Positions 50,067 through 64,000 of a DNA stretch of 64,000 nt are shown in pieces. Source of the stretch: the human T2T-CHM13v2.0 reference genome, Homo sapiens. The DNA lies in the NCBI RefSeq assembly GCF_009914755.1, contig NC_060926.1. The stretch is one strand, 5' to 3'. Every line of letters starts with the position of its first letter. Positions within the stretch are counted from its first letter, which is position 1. The position numbers and the translations under genes are program-made. The notes under the pieces were generated by a model. The model did not search any database and was not told the origin of the DNA. It saw only the letters and a list, made by a program, of their open reading frames with translations.

Positions 50067-53000
50067 TGCAGTCAAGATGGCCAACTAGAAGCAGCAGTGA
50101 TCAGACGCTCCCACTGAAAAGAACCAAAACAGCATGCAAATCCAGCACCGGCAACCAAGGTATGCAGGTTCTGTCATCAGGACTGACCCTAGGCAGCTGG
50201 CGTGACCCACAGAAAGAAAGGAAGAGCAGAATGGTGCAGTGGCCCACCTGAGAGCCACACAGGACAGGGGAGCTTCCACCCCCCAGCCAAGGAAGGTGGT
50301 GAGTAAGAGTGCTATCCAGCCTGGGAAACTGTGCTTTTCCCATGGAACTGTGTAATCCACAGATTAGAAAATCTCACTAGTGAGCTCACACCACTGGGGC
50401 CTAGAAAACCACAAAGCTGAGCAGATTCTCAACAGCCACTCAGCTAGAAACTGCTTAAACAGGCTGAGTTCCTGGTGGGGAGGGGCAGCCGCCTACTGTC
50501 TAAGCCTTCCAAGAGACTTGGAGGAAGGGCAGCAGCCAACAATGGGACTGCTAGCTGTCTAATACACTAAGCTCTTGGGGTAGAGGAAGGGTGGCAGCCA
50601 TCTCTATAGCTCCAGGCTGCACTTTTCCCTGGCTGGAGCCAGGGAGGCTGGAAGGCTTGGTCTTAAGAGGTTATTCCTCACAGGGCAACACACAGGCTGT
50701 GGCAGACTGCAGCCAGAGTGCATCTTCAGGCCTGACCCTGACCCATCCCTCCTCACTGGGGTGCCTCCCTGGAGGAACTCCAACAACTCCATTCAGGGGC
50801 TCAGGGACAGAACTCTGATGTCCCTGGGCCTGAGCTCCTAGGAGGAGGAGTGGCTATATTCTCTGCAGACCAGCAGACTTAGTCTTTCCTCCTGCTAGTT
50901 CTGAGTAATCCGGGCAACTCAGACGAGTGAGTTTCCCCCCAGCATGGCACACCCCCTCCACCAAGGGACAGCCAAAGTGCTTTGTTAAATGGGTCCTGCT
51001 CCCCGTGCCACCCAACTGGGTGAGACCCCAATAGATGCAGAAAAGGCCTTCGATAAAATTCAATGCCCCTTCATGCTAAAAACAGTTAAAAAAAACTGGG
51101 TATTGAGGGAACATATCTAAAAATAATAAGAGCTATTTATGACAAACCCATAGCCAATATTATATTGAATGGGCAAAAGCTGGAAGCGTTCCCTTTGAAA
51201 ACTGGCACAAGAGAAGGATGCCCTCTCTCACCACTCCTATTCAACATAGTGTTGGAAGTTCTGGCCAGGGCAATCAGGCAAGAGAAAGAAATAAAGTATA
51301 TTCAAATAGGAAGAGAGAAAGTCAAACTGTTTCTGTTTGCAGATGACATGATTGTATATTTAGAAAACCCCATTGTCTCAGCCCCAAAACACCTTAAGCT
51401 GAGAAGCAAATTCAGCAGTCTCAGGATAAAAAATCAATGTGCAAAAATCACAAGCATTCTTATACATCAATAATAGACAAACAGAGAGCCAAATGATGAG
51501 TGAACTCCCATTCACAATGCTACAAAGAAAATAAAATGCCTAGGAATCCAACTTATAAGGGATGCGAAGGACCTCTTCAAGGAGAACTACAAACCACTTC
51601 TCAAGGAAATAAGAGAGGACACAAACAAATGAAAAAACATCTCATGCTCATGGATAGGAAGAATCAATATTGTGAAAACGGCCATACTGCCCAAAGTAAT
51701 TTATAGATTCAATGCTATTCCCATCAAGCTACTATTGACTTTCTTCAGAGAACTAGAAAAAAACTACTTTAAATTTCATATGGAACCAAAAGAGAGCGCA
51801 TACAGCCAAGACAATCCCAAGCAAAAAGAACAAAGCTGGAAGCGTCACACTACCTGACTTCCAACTATACTACAAGGCTACATTAACCAAAACAACCTGG
51901 TTCTGGTACCAAAACAGATGTATATATAGACCAACGGAACAGAACAGAGGCCACAGAAATAACATCACACATCTACAACCATCTGATTTTCGACAAACCT
52001 GACAAAAACAAGTAATGAGGAAAGGAATCCCTATTTAATAAATGGTGCTGGGAAAACTGGCTAGCCATATGCAGAAAACTGAAACTGAACCCTTTCCTTA
52101 CACCTTATACAAACAATAACTCAAGATGGATTAATGACTTAAACATAAGACCTAAAATCATAAAAACTCTAGAAGAAAACCTAGGCGATACCATTCAGGA
52201 CATAGACATGGGCAAAGACTTCATGACTAAAACACAAAAAGCAGTGGCAACAAAAGCCAAAATTGACAAATGGGATCTAATTAAACTAAAGAGCTTCTGC
52301 ACAGTAAAAGAAACTATCATCAGAGTGAACAGGCAACCTCCAGATTGGAGAAAATTTTCGCAATCTGTCCATCTGACAAAGGTCTAATATACAGAATCTA
52401 CAAGGAACTTAAACAAATTTACAAGAAAGAAAAACAAAGAACCCCATCAAAAAGTGGGCAAAGGACATGAACAGACACTTCTCAAAAGAAGACATTTACA
52501 TGACCAACAAACATGAAAAAATCTATCATCGCTGGTCATTAGAGAAATGCAAATCAAAACCAAATGAGATACCATCTCACGCCAGTTACAGTGGCGATCA
52601 TTAAAAAGTCAGAAAACAACAGATGCTGGAGATGATATGGAGAAATAGGAATGCTTTTACACTGTTGGTGGGAGTTGTGGAAGACAGTGTGGCAATTCCT
52701 CAAGGATCTAGAACCAGAAATACCATTTGACCCAGCAATCCCATTACTGCGTATATACCCAAAGGAATATAAATTATTCTACTATAGAGACACATGCACA
52801 CATATGATTATTGCAGCACTATTCACAATAGCAAAGACTTGGAACCAACCCAAATGCCCATCTATGATAGACTGGATAAAGAAAAGGTGTCACATATACA
52901 CCATGGAATAATATGCAGCCATAAAATAGAATGAATTCGTGCTCTTGGCAGGGACATGGATGAAGCTGGAAACCATCATTCTCAGCAAACTAACACAGGA

Positions 53001-53278
53001 ACAGAAAACCAAATACCACATGTTCTCACTCATAAGTGGGAGTTGAAGAATGAAAACACATGGGCACAGGGAGGGGAACATCACACACTAGGGCCTGTCA
53101 GGGATTGGGGGCATGGGGAGGGAGAGCATTGGGACAAATACCTAATGCAAGCGGGGCTTAAAACCTAGATGACGGGTTGCTAGATGCAGCAAACCACCAT
53201 GGCACGTGTATACCTAGGGAACAAACCTGCATGTTCTGCACATGTATCCCAGAACTTAAAATATAATAAAAAAAAAAA
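50067..53278 (+). mobile_element. L1PA8-like element retaining its 5'UTR, lacking ORF1 and endonuclease
   Basis: YY1 motif caagatggcc near 50073. GC-rich 5'UTR runs to ~51028 and is fused to caatagatgcagaaaag (SIDAEK). ORF2 remnants at 51165-52911. 3'UTR and poly(A) end at ~53278. Confidence 0.9.
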
Positions 53279-54461
53279 CTCAAGATAGATAAAAGACTTA
53301 AATGTAAAATGCAAAACCGTAAAAACCCTAGGAGAAAACCTAGGCAATACCATTCAGGACATGGGCACAGGCAAAGATTTCATGATGAAAATGCCAAAAG
53401 CAATTTCAACAAAAGCTAAAACTGACAAATGGGATCTAATTAAGCTAAAGAGCTTCTGCACAGCAAAAGAAACTATCATCAGAGTGAACAGGCAACCTAT
53501 AGAATGGTAGAAAATGTTTGTGATCTACCCATCTGACAAAGGTCTAATATCCAGAATCTACAAGGGACTTAAACAAATTTGCAAGAAAAAAACAAAAAAC
53601 CCCATCAAAAAGCAGGCAAAGGATATGAACAGATACTTCTCAAAAGAAGACATTTATGCAGCCGACAAACATGAAAAAAAGCTCAACATCACTGATCATT
53701 TGGGAAATACAAATCAAAACCATACTGAGACACAATCTTACACCAGTCAGAACGGCTATTACTATCAATAATAAATAAAAGTCAAGAAACAGTAGATGCT
53801 GGTGAGACTGTGAAGAAATAGGAATGCTTTTACATGGTTCGTGGGAATGTAAATTAGGTCAACCATTGTTGAAGACAGTGTGGCAATTCCTCAAGGATCT
53901 AGAACCAGAAATACCATTTGACCCAGCAATCCCATTACTAAGTATATACCCAAAGGAATAGAAATCATTTGGCTATAAGAACACATGCACATGTATGTTT
54001 ATTGCAGCACTACTTACCATAGCAAAGACATGAAACCAATCCAAATGCTCATCAATGATAGACTGGATAAAGAAAGTGTGGTACATATACACCATGGAAT
54101 ACTATGCAGCCATAAAAAGGAATCAGATCATGTCTTTTGCAGGGACATGGATGAAGCTGGAAGCTACCATCCTCAGCAAATTAACAGAGGAACAGAAAAC
54201 CAAACACCACATGTTCTGACTCATAAGTGGAAGCCGAACAAGGAGAACACATGGACACAGGGAGGGGAAAAACACACACTAGGGCTTGTCAGGAGGTGGG
54301 CAGGTGGGGAAGGGAGAGCATCAGGACAAATACCTAATGCATGTGGGGCTTAAAACCCAGATGATGGGTTGCTAGATGCAGTAAGCCACCATGGCACATG
54401 TATACCTCTGAAACACACCTGCATGTTCTGTGAATGTATCCTGGAACTTAAAGTAAAATTA
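53279..54461 (+). mobile_element. Second L1PA (8A/10-like) 3' segment, head-to-tail with the first
   Basis: Begins mid-ORF2 (ctcaagatagataaaagacttaaatgtaaa) immediately after the previous poly(A) and has its own 3'UTR. Confidence 0.9.
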
Positions 54462-54475
54462 AACAGTAAAAATTT

Positions 54476-54816
54476 ATTTTCATTTTTATTTTTACTATTA
54501 TAAGTTCTAGGGTACATGTGCACAACGTGCAGGTTTGTTACATATGTATACATGTGCCATGTTGGTGTGCTGCACCCATTAACTCGTCATTTACATTAGG
54601 TATATCTCCTAATGCTATCCCTCCCCCATCCCCCCACCCCACAAAAGGCCCCGGTGTGTGATGTTCCCCATCCTGTGTCCAAGTGTTCTCATTGTTCAAT
54701 TTCCACCAATGAGTGAGAACATGCGGTGTTTTGATTTTCTGTCCTTGTGATAGTTTGCTGAGAGTGATGGTTTCCAGCTTCATCCATGTCCCTACAAAGG
54801 ACATGAACTCATCCTT
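54476..54816 (-). mobile_element. Short L1PA4/5-like 3' end
   Basis: taagttctagggtacatgtgcacaacgtgcagg...cattaactcgtcatttacattagg. TSD aacagtaaaaa(a)ttt at 54462-54475 and 54817-54831. Confidence 0.92.
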
Positions 54817-57066
54817 AACAGTAAAAAATTTTTTTAAAAAATTTAAAAGGAAATTTTAGTAGACTACAGTGAAAATACAACCCTGGAATATATTTCTAGG
54901 TGCATTATGCAGATTCTGAAAATATTTGTTAAACTGAATTAAAGTCTCCCAACCTAAAATTTTTTTACTTTTGTGAATGCAATTTCAAAGTTTTTCTAAG
55001 TCTATAAGAACTCAGTCATATACACACAAACATACAGAAAATATTGAGTTAATCAAGTAAGATGAAGCCTCAGGCAGGCAAAACTCAAATTATTTCTGAA
55101 AAGTTTTCTAATTCTTTCCAACATTTCAATATTCTTTTGAATTTTCTACTTTTTATAATTTGTTTTTTGTTTCCATGTTTACAATATAAATGAAAAGTAA
55201 CACACAACCTATTATTGAACTCTTCCAAAAGCTTTGGATAAAGAATCTGGAGACTATTTTGACATTTTCTTTGAGTATAGACATCTTTGAAAATTTTCAA
55301 ATTAAAGAAATACACAAATAAAAATATTCTATTAAAAAATAAAGGTAACCACTCTTGGCTTTTAAAGTAACTGCTGTGGTTTGCTTCACAATTTTATCAC
55401 TTACTAACATGTTCCCTATACATCAGATTTGCCTGCTTTTGAACTGCTATCATACAGTATGTACTCTGATTCTGTCTTCTGTTTAGCATTGTTTCTGAAA
55501 TTTAACAATTTTGTTACATGCCAGCTATAATTTATTCATTTTCATTGCTGTAAAGTGAATTATTGTCTTCATGAAATAAAATATATCTATCCTAAAAAAA
55601 AAAAAAAAAGAAAAGAATGACACCACCAAATGCTGGCAAGGATGTGAAGAATCTGGGTCACCGATATATTGCCATTGGTACAAATCCTCTGGAAAACAAT
55701 TTGCAATTTCTTTAAAAACTAAGCATGCAACTACCATATAGCGCAGTAACTGTACTCCCAGAAATTTATTATAGAAAAATGAAGACATATATTCACACAA
55801 AAAACCTGTATACAAATATTTATAGCTGCTTTATTCATAATAGCCAAAAATTAGAAACAACCTAGATATTCTTCAGTGGATAGATGGTTAAACAAACTGT
55901 GGTACATCAACACTACGGAATACTACTCAGCAACTGAAAACAAATGAACTATGGATACACTCAACAACCTGGATGAATCACCAGAGAATTACGACGAGTG
56001 GAGAAAAACAGCCAATCTCATATGGTCATATACTCTATGTCCATTTATAAAATATTTTTTAAATGACAAAGTTATAGAAGTGGGTAACAAATTAGTAGTT
56101 GCCAGGGTTAAGGAGGAGATGTGGCCCTTAAAGGGCAACCTGAAGGTTCCTTGTGGTAAGGAGAATGGTTTGTATCTTGACTCTAACGTCAATATCCTGG
56201 TTGTGATACTGTACATTAGTTTTCAAGATGTTACCACTAGGGAAACTGGGTAAAGGGTACATGGGATCTCTCAGTATTGTTTCATACAACTACATGTGAG
56301 TCTACTATTACTTTCAAATAGAAACTTTTAATTTAAAAAAAAACTAAATTAAGAAAACTGATTGGTATAGTAAGGGAGAATGACGAAAAAAGCCTCAACC
56401 ATGATGGGGTCAGTATCAATAGAGAAAGAACACATTCAAAAAATATTCAGAAGGAATAATTCACAGACTTGAAGTTGCATGTCAGCTCTGCAGCTTTATG
56501 AAGGAATGAGCCCAGAGAGGGGTAACAGTCCCAAAGGAGCCTCCACAGAAACAGATACCTACAGATCTGAGCACAAAACCCTGGGAACTCTGCTACTTCA
56601 CCTGCTGAAAACCAGAGAGGAAAGTCTGGAAAATAGCATTAGAGAGGTAAGAAGAAAACCAATTAGAAAAGGAAAAAACACCACAGAAACTCAGAACCTG
56701 AAGGAAGGAGTGCTAGGAATGTAGGAATAGCTCTCCAGAGAAAACCTCTCCCCAGCTGGAAAATGCTGTATTTCATTCATCTAAGATGCCGTCAATTGGA
56801 AGATATTTATATACCACAAAGGCAGAAAACAAAACAAAACTCTGCCAGTTGAATCAAAACACAGTGATTTATCTCTTAGAATTTTTACTTTGCCCTTACT
56901 AAATGAGCTCTTTTAAACTTATTAGTTAGACAGACTTCTTAATCACATATTACTCATGTATTTTTCTAATAATAAGGGTACTATATGCTTATTGTTAAAA
57001 ACAAACATTTGAAAAATGCTGATAAAAGTATGGTGAAGAAAACTAAAACAGCTCATGCTCCTAGAG

Positions 57067-57289
57067 TAGGGTTTCTTAATCTCAGCAGTATTGACATTTT
57101 GGGATAGTTAATTCTTTGCCATCCTGTGGGGTCCATCCTGTGCATTGCAGGATGATAAGGAAAATCACTGGTCTCCACCCAGTAGATGCCAGTAGCATTT
57201 CACTCCACTCATGGCATCCAAAAACTGTCTTCAGTCATTGTCAAATGTCCCCCCGACAGAAAAAAAATTATCTCAGTTGAGAATCAATG
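57067..57289 (-). mobile_element. MER20 hAT-Charlie element
   Basis: agggtttcttaatctcagcagtattgacattttggg...tagatgccagtagca...caaatgtcccc...gttgagaatcaatg. Confidence 0.88.
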
Positions 57290-58578
57290 TTTTAGAATAT
57301 AGAAGGTATTGCCATTTGCACTTTGGTTATTTACTGCCAGATTTCATGTTTTAACGATGTAGATTGTAAATTCTGTGCTCAGTTCAGCCTCCTGCCTTTA
57401 TTCTCTAACAGCACATCAGGGACATCTCTATTCTTATGGACACAGCATGGCTTACTGAACCATCCCCCAGCATTGGAAATTAAGGTTGTTCCCAATTTTA
57501 CATCATTATGAATAATGAAATGATGACCACTGTGCACATGAATCATTTTCTGTAATTCTGATGATTTCTCTAGAATACGTATCTCATAATAGAATTAACA
57601 AACCAAACAGCACTGAGATGTCTTTAAATTGCATGAGTGGGATGTGCAGGTAGAACCCAGGGGCTAGGAACACAGTGTCCATTATTTGCCTCTCAAAATA
57701 TGCCCCTGAAGACAAATGACATTCCTTGAGCTAAAATTCAAAGAGCTAAAATTAAAAAGACATCAACAAATCAGCCTTTCTCCAATTAATCAAAACTTAA
57801 ATGGATAGAACTTCTAAATTTTACTTTTTACATCCAGTAAATATCTGTTAATCATAGGAAACTGCCTCTGCTTGCTGCCAGTGAGACCTAGAAAATATCA
57901 AATGAACAATTTAAAAACCAGCATTCTTGGGGGGCATAGGGAATGTATTTTCATTAAATAAATACACACACTATTTGTCAATCATGACCTTAAATTTACC
58001 AAATCTAAAGTATTCTGAAAAGAGTATCCTGACTTCTAGGTGCTCCTGACATTGAAACAATTTAAAAATTACCCATATAAATCTTTTGATTTGACATTTA
58101 TTTTATTAATATAACGGTATATACTCATCTAAACATGGCTATGTTGCACCAAAAAGAAGCCAACATGAAAAAGAGACCACCAGGAAAGTCAAATACAATG
58201 CAAGGAGCTCTTGCACTGGCTGATGGAGCAATCAAATGTAAATGCTACCATCATGTGATCATCAGCAAATGCTGCCAATGGATGAAAATAAATCGCATTT
58301 CTAGTATATATTTGGTCTTGAATGCAATTTTGTGAATTATAACTAGATGCACTTTCTTAAAATGAGATAGAATAGAATCATGCATTGCATATAGTGAAGG
58401 TAGGTATTGCTTTTGAAACTTTTTCTCAAATATATGAGATATATATTCACATATATACACACGCATACACACACAAACACATACATGTACTGTGATAAGA
58501 TGAAACTTTTTTTTTCTTACTGTGGGTCTCAGCCAAAAATGTTTCAAAGTCACTGACCTAGAAGGCAAGAGATGGTTA

Positions 58579-59060
58579 TGTCCGTCCAGGTTCTCCAAGA
58601 AGCAGACACCAAGACAGAATTAAACATGCAGAAGCTTTATTGTAGAAACAACTGTGAAGGAAGGACAAAGAGAGAGGAGAAGACAGAAGGAGCCGCCAGA
58701 CTGTGATGTGGGCCTAACACCTGAAAGAGGGGAGGATAGGAAGGCAGATTGAACAAAATGAGCCTTAGACTGTAGTGCAGCTCTGAGATAGTCTTGGCTA
58801 AGCTGATGGGAAACCCAGAGCAAACTTTGTTGTTTAAGGAAGTCTGGTGTTGGGAAGAAATAGTCCAGCAAAATTAAGCCCCCAGCCCTGGGAGGGTGTA
58901 GCCTGGACATGAAAGCTAGGGAAGACCCTGAAGTGCAGCCTTGGAGCCTGTCCATCACCTACACTTCTTGCAGGATATTCTTCAGAAGGGAGATCTTTGG
59001 CTGCCAAATGAAGGTAAAGGGAGAAATTGTCTCCATATCTTAGATCTTTCCCTGTGGTAT
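58579..59060 (-). mobile_element. LTR40-like ERVL LTR (approximate end)
   Basis: gttctccaagaagcagacaccaagacag...tttattg...gactgtagtgcagctctgaga..gtcttggc..gatgggaaacccagagcaaa. Confidence 0.6.
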
Positions 59061-59261
59061 TCACATGTACTACAGTTAAAATAATGTATTCTGAAGAAAG
59101 ACTCCTTGGGTCCAAATCCTAGCTCCAAAGCCAGGACTCGAGTGAGGCAAGGGAGGCCCCTAGGGTAGCCAATTTAAAGAGGCTCTTACTCCCTGAGGAG
59201 CACTTGCATAACTTTGGGAACGAGACATCATCAATATTGCAACCCAGGCATCATTAAAACG

Positions 59262-60260
<999 letters not shown>

Positions 60261-60289
60261 TTTACTGTGGCCCAGGAATCTCACCCTAG

Positions 60290-60460
60290 AGCCAATCTTG
60301 CCTAGCTGGGTCATGTGACTTTGAGTCAGTTACTCACCTCTGTTTCCTCATCTGTAAGTGGGGAGTATGAGAATAATAGACCCTACTCACAAGACCAATG
60401 TGACTATTAGGTGAGTTATAACTATGGACAATCAGGACAGTGCTTGCCACATAGGAATGA
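60290..60460 (+). mobile_element. MIR fragment
   Basis: tgtgactttgagtcagttactcacctctgtttcctcatctgtaagtgggg. Confidence 0.75.
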
Positions 60461-60509
60461 CTACGTGAGGTTGACCGCTTATGCAATAATCAGTTTTATG
60501 GTTATATTT

Positions 60510-60648
60510 AAAATTCAGACTTTCAGGCACCATCCCTCATACCCAAACATTTTTGATCCAGCAGGTCTGGGATGGGGTGGAAGAATCTGTCTTTGCAACA
60601 TGTTCCCTTAGTTATTCCTGTGCATGCTTAAGTCTGAGAACCACTGTA
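60510..60648. mobile_element. MER5-type fragment
   Basis: gatccagcaggtctgggatgggg..gaatctg...aagtctgagaaccactg. Confidence 0.65.
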
Positions 60649-61639
60649 CAGCCTCTCCTTGATGAACACTTTGTTTTTACCACTCAGCCACTGGCTGCTT
60701 ATCTATCTAAACATTTTTTTCAAGTACCACAACATAGGCAATGAAGCCAAATTTTGCCAGGTACACTTTCAGTGCAAAGAATGTTGTGTGTATTGGGGGA
60801 GCCCAAGGGAACCAGGGTCCAGCCTCATCAGGACATGACCTTGGCTGAGTCAGTCACTTCATTCCTTGGTAAGGTAGCCATGAGAGTTGAAAAGTCGATG
60901 GCCTAACGTCCCTTCCCAGCAGGTATGCACAAGTTCTGCATCACTGTACTCCCATTTGAAATGAACTCTTCTGTCTTCTTCTTCTCATATATTTCTCACC
61001 CTCCCTGTCTGACTCTGAGACCTCCTTGAGAATGCAATCACTCAGCTATTCATGGTGCTCTGGATCACGTCAAAGACCAGTTTTGTGAGCGTCACTTTTC
61101 TTTCATATGTAGAGAACATGATGCATGGCTGTGAACACCTCCAAGCTGACTGGCATTGGGCCCCAAACATGCACTGACCCGCAGCTTTGAAGTCTATCAT
61201 TCTGGAAATATAGCCTGGGAGAAGCACACAGGTGCAATTTCAATAGGGGATTGTGGGGGACAATAGCTTCTGATTGGGATAAGATCCCACCCATGTCAGA
61301 AATCAGCTGTGGCGTAATCAACAACTTTGTATTAAATGACAGCACATTCAACAGTTACCTTATATTCTGAAGGAATGAGTTTAATGTGGAAAACACAAGC
61401 CAGAAAGCTAAAGAAATTGAAATGCTCTGCCTGATTCTCAAAAAGGGGCTGGTCAGAATAAAAAGCCATTATTCCAAACACAACCTGAGAAGGAAGTTGC
61501 TGGGGCAGGGAATGCATCTCAACCTGGCCATCAGTTGGAACTGCCCTCCTGCATTCAGTCCATGTCATGGAGTGCCCAGTATGACCTGGCCCTTCATCCA
61601 ACTCAGCTGGGTGGTATTGGCAATGATAGGCAGTGCTGC

Positions 61640-61880
61640 TATCACTAGCAGTTGTTGCTATGATTTATTGAGTGTTGACTAAATGCTAGGCACAACATTT
61701 TACAAATATATTATCCCATTTAACCACCATGACAACCCTATGAGGTGGGTATTATTATCCCTACATAGATGTAGTTGCTGAGGCACAGAAAGAGGCTAAC
61801 ATGCCCCATGTCACAAAGTTAGAAAACAAAGGGTCAAGGTCTATGTCCAGCTCCATCTGGCTCCAGAACCACTATTCTGT
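61640..61880 (-). mobile_element. MIR fragment
   Basis: atttattgagtg...acaaccctatgaggtgggtattattatcc..agatg..ctgaggcacaga. Confidence 0.8.
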
Positions 61881-62369
61881 TTTAAGGAGAGGCCTTTGAA
61901 CAAAATAGGACAAAAATGTGTGGACTGGCTCTTTCTGATAAATTTCAATATGTAGCTGGAGAAGGCATCAAACATATACAAACTGGGGGTGGGGAGTCAG
62001 TTTTGAAAAGGGCAGAGCATTAATTCTGCAGAAGTAGAGAGAGCATCAAAGTGAGAGAATAGTTTGTACAGGTAGGCATAGATTGGAAAGGGCGTCTTGT
62101 TGCTGATCTATCTTGTTATCTAAGCAGGACTGGGAAGACTATAAGACCTGGGACTTGAAACTAATCCCATCTCAAAGAATGGTGGGCTGCAGGGACCAGA
62201 TTCAAGTGGATCCAGATTCATGGATGGATTTATGCAGTGTCTTCCCAAAAGAGATTCAATACAAGGAAGCAGGGTGAAGCAGGTAGATATGGCAGCCTAA
62301 GAAATTTGGTGGCAATTGGATGTTCCTTGAATGGTGGACCACAGGGATGATCCACCAGGAAAGTTGAGA

Positions 62370-62575
62370 AGTACTGTAATTTGAGTCCTAAATATGTACC
62401 AGGCCCTATTCTAAGCACTACATGCCTTACCTTCTTTACACTTCACCACAGTTTCTATGATGTAGGTTACTATATAACCCTATTTGACAGATGAGAAAAT
62501 TGAGGCTCAGAGACAGGAACTAACTTTCTGAAGTTCATGTAGCTAAGAAGTAGTGAAATGAGAATTCAAACAAGA
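62370..62575 (-). mobile_element. MIR fragment
   Basis: tatttgacagatgagaaaattgaggctcagaga...gagaattcaaac. Confidence 0.8.
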
Positions 62576-63379
62576 TAGCAAATGATCTAATTATTGTCCT
62601 CAGATTTCTATTAAGTCCTTGATTCAGGTTTATTTTTGTGCCTAACCCAGGTGTCAGGAGGGTTTTTATTACCTCTAGATTCCGAACTAGACTCTCTTTA
62701 GCCCCTGATGATCATAGTTACCCAATAAAATAACATTTTGGGTGTGAGGATACATGTGATCTAATCTCATCCAAGTATCTAGATTATAATCATTTCCACA
62801 CTCTTCATCCATCTCAACCATTATTCAGTTCCTCATTCAACAAAAACCTTTTATTCTTTTTCCTACATTCTAGGCACTATTCCAGGCCTTACAGACCAAA
62901 AATGAATAAGACAGACAGGCAGAGAAATAGGAAAACATATAAACTCAGATCATTCCTGTAAATAACTTTGGTAGAAGCATTAAAAGATTTGTGTGTATAT
63001 GTGTGGGGAGAGGGAGACCCAGAATGCCTTATTTAAGAGATGCAACTATGGAAACCTAGCAACTCAAGTTTCACTCCTGGACCCTGTCATCCTTGTCTCC
63101 ATTCTCATGCCAGCTCCAATGTGCTGTGCCCAGCCTTTCCCTTTACCCTCTAAGTCTTGCATTGACTTCAGTTCCATTCCAGTTCCTAAATTCCTATTGC
63201 TCCTTTGACCATATAATGTTCAAATTCACTAATAAGTATTGGAAATGACATCTACCTTTTTCCCAAAACTTAGGTTTTTGGATAATAGAGAGCGAGAAAA
63301 TGAAAGGCCTATTTCTGAAAGAAGAAGAAGGCAGAGAACCATGGCAGGAAAAGTCTGTATCGCTTGTTCTAACTTAAGG

Positions 63380-63423
63380 GGTGTGTGTGTGTTTGTGTGT
63401 CTGTGTGTGTGTGTGTGTGTGTG
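63380..63423. repeat. Imperfect (GT)n microsatellite
   Basis: Read directly from the sequence. Confidence 0.95.
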
Positions 63424-64000
63424 CGCGTATAGGTACTGTTAGCTAATTTTTATGAATGGCGTGCTAATCAGTGGAAAAGTTTCATGTCTACAGAAATTCT
63501 TTTCCATTGGCTCTTTAAAATATACTAATAACTCAAGACATTTTGCTTCCTTTTCAGAGATGATTGTGCAAGTCACTGGCCAACAACCAAGAAATCAAAA
63601 TATCTTTCCACTGGTACTTAATCAATTTTCTTTGACTTACCTAAACAAAATCTATAAGCAACATGTGGTCACAACACCCAGAAAAAAAATGAGAGTGATC
63701 CCATTTTTATGATGAGTATGTTAGTATAGAGAGCACAATTTTTAGTGCTTTATTTCTCAGCCGTATCTGTAAAATGGGCATGTGCAAAGCAAGACTTTAT
63801 GCTAGAGAGATGTGGAGGGTTGAGGGGGTGAGAGATCTGGCATGTTCCTCAGTCCATGCATGCTTATTGATGCACAAACGTGATGATGCTGGCAAGCAGA
63901 ATCCAAGCAACAGGTTAGCTCCATGTATTTGGTGCATGGTAAAGCCGAGTTGAGTGAATAACTAATTCTGTTTAAACCCCCTATCCTTCTGCCTCCTCCC

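Larger units (their letters stand above)
49770..56340 (+). mobile_element. L1MC/L1MD-type host element (pieces 49770-50066 and 55612-56340)
   Basis: ORF2 C-terminal remnant (KHMKRCS..LAIRKMQIK..RYY) ends at aaagaatgac and resumes colinearly at aaagaatgac|accaccaaatgctggcaagg. L1MC-like 3'UTR (gatgttaccact..ggaaactgggtaaagggtac). Confidence 0.8.

Noticed and set aside
52120-54461. Tandem segmental duplication or gene conversion between the two adjacent L1PA 3' ends (shared gttgCtagatgcag)
   Set aside because: The ORF2 parts differ at many positions and look like different subfamilies. Only about one shared unusual base is visible, which is too little evidence.

Overview
This is AT-rich, CpG-depleted primate genomic DNA, probably human or another catarrhine, since it carries AluS/AluY-type elements, L1PA4-10 and an LTR7. 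It consists mostly of nested, decayed transposons. I find no supportable protein-coding gene. Every ORF with recognisable homology is a remnant of LINE-1 ORF1/ORF2 or of ERV gag/pol/integrase/dUTPase. Main contents: (1) a MER50 LTR with internal region and no second LTR; (2) a two-LTR HERV-L (MLT2A) provirus with a gag-to-RT deletion, sitting inside an L1PB1; (3) several MaLR and ERV solo LTRs, including a triple nest of LTR7 in MER4 in MLT1; (4) Tigger and MER DNA transposons; (5) a TSD-flanked U13 (SNORD13) retrocopy. I do not see evidence for a new biological system. The most interesting structures are records of rearrangement. They include a probable L1 3' transduction at 50067-55611, a ~200 bp templated insertion copied from 1.4 kb upstream, a twin-primed L1MA with an extra inverted 3' end, and several microhomology-type internal deletions. 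Subfamily names come from my recall of consensus sequences and need RepeatMasker/Dfam confirmation. Boundaries not anchored by a TSD or TG..CA are approximate.
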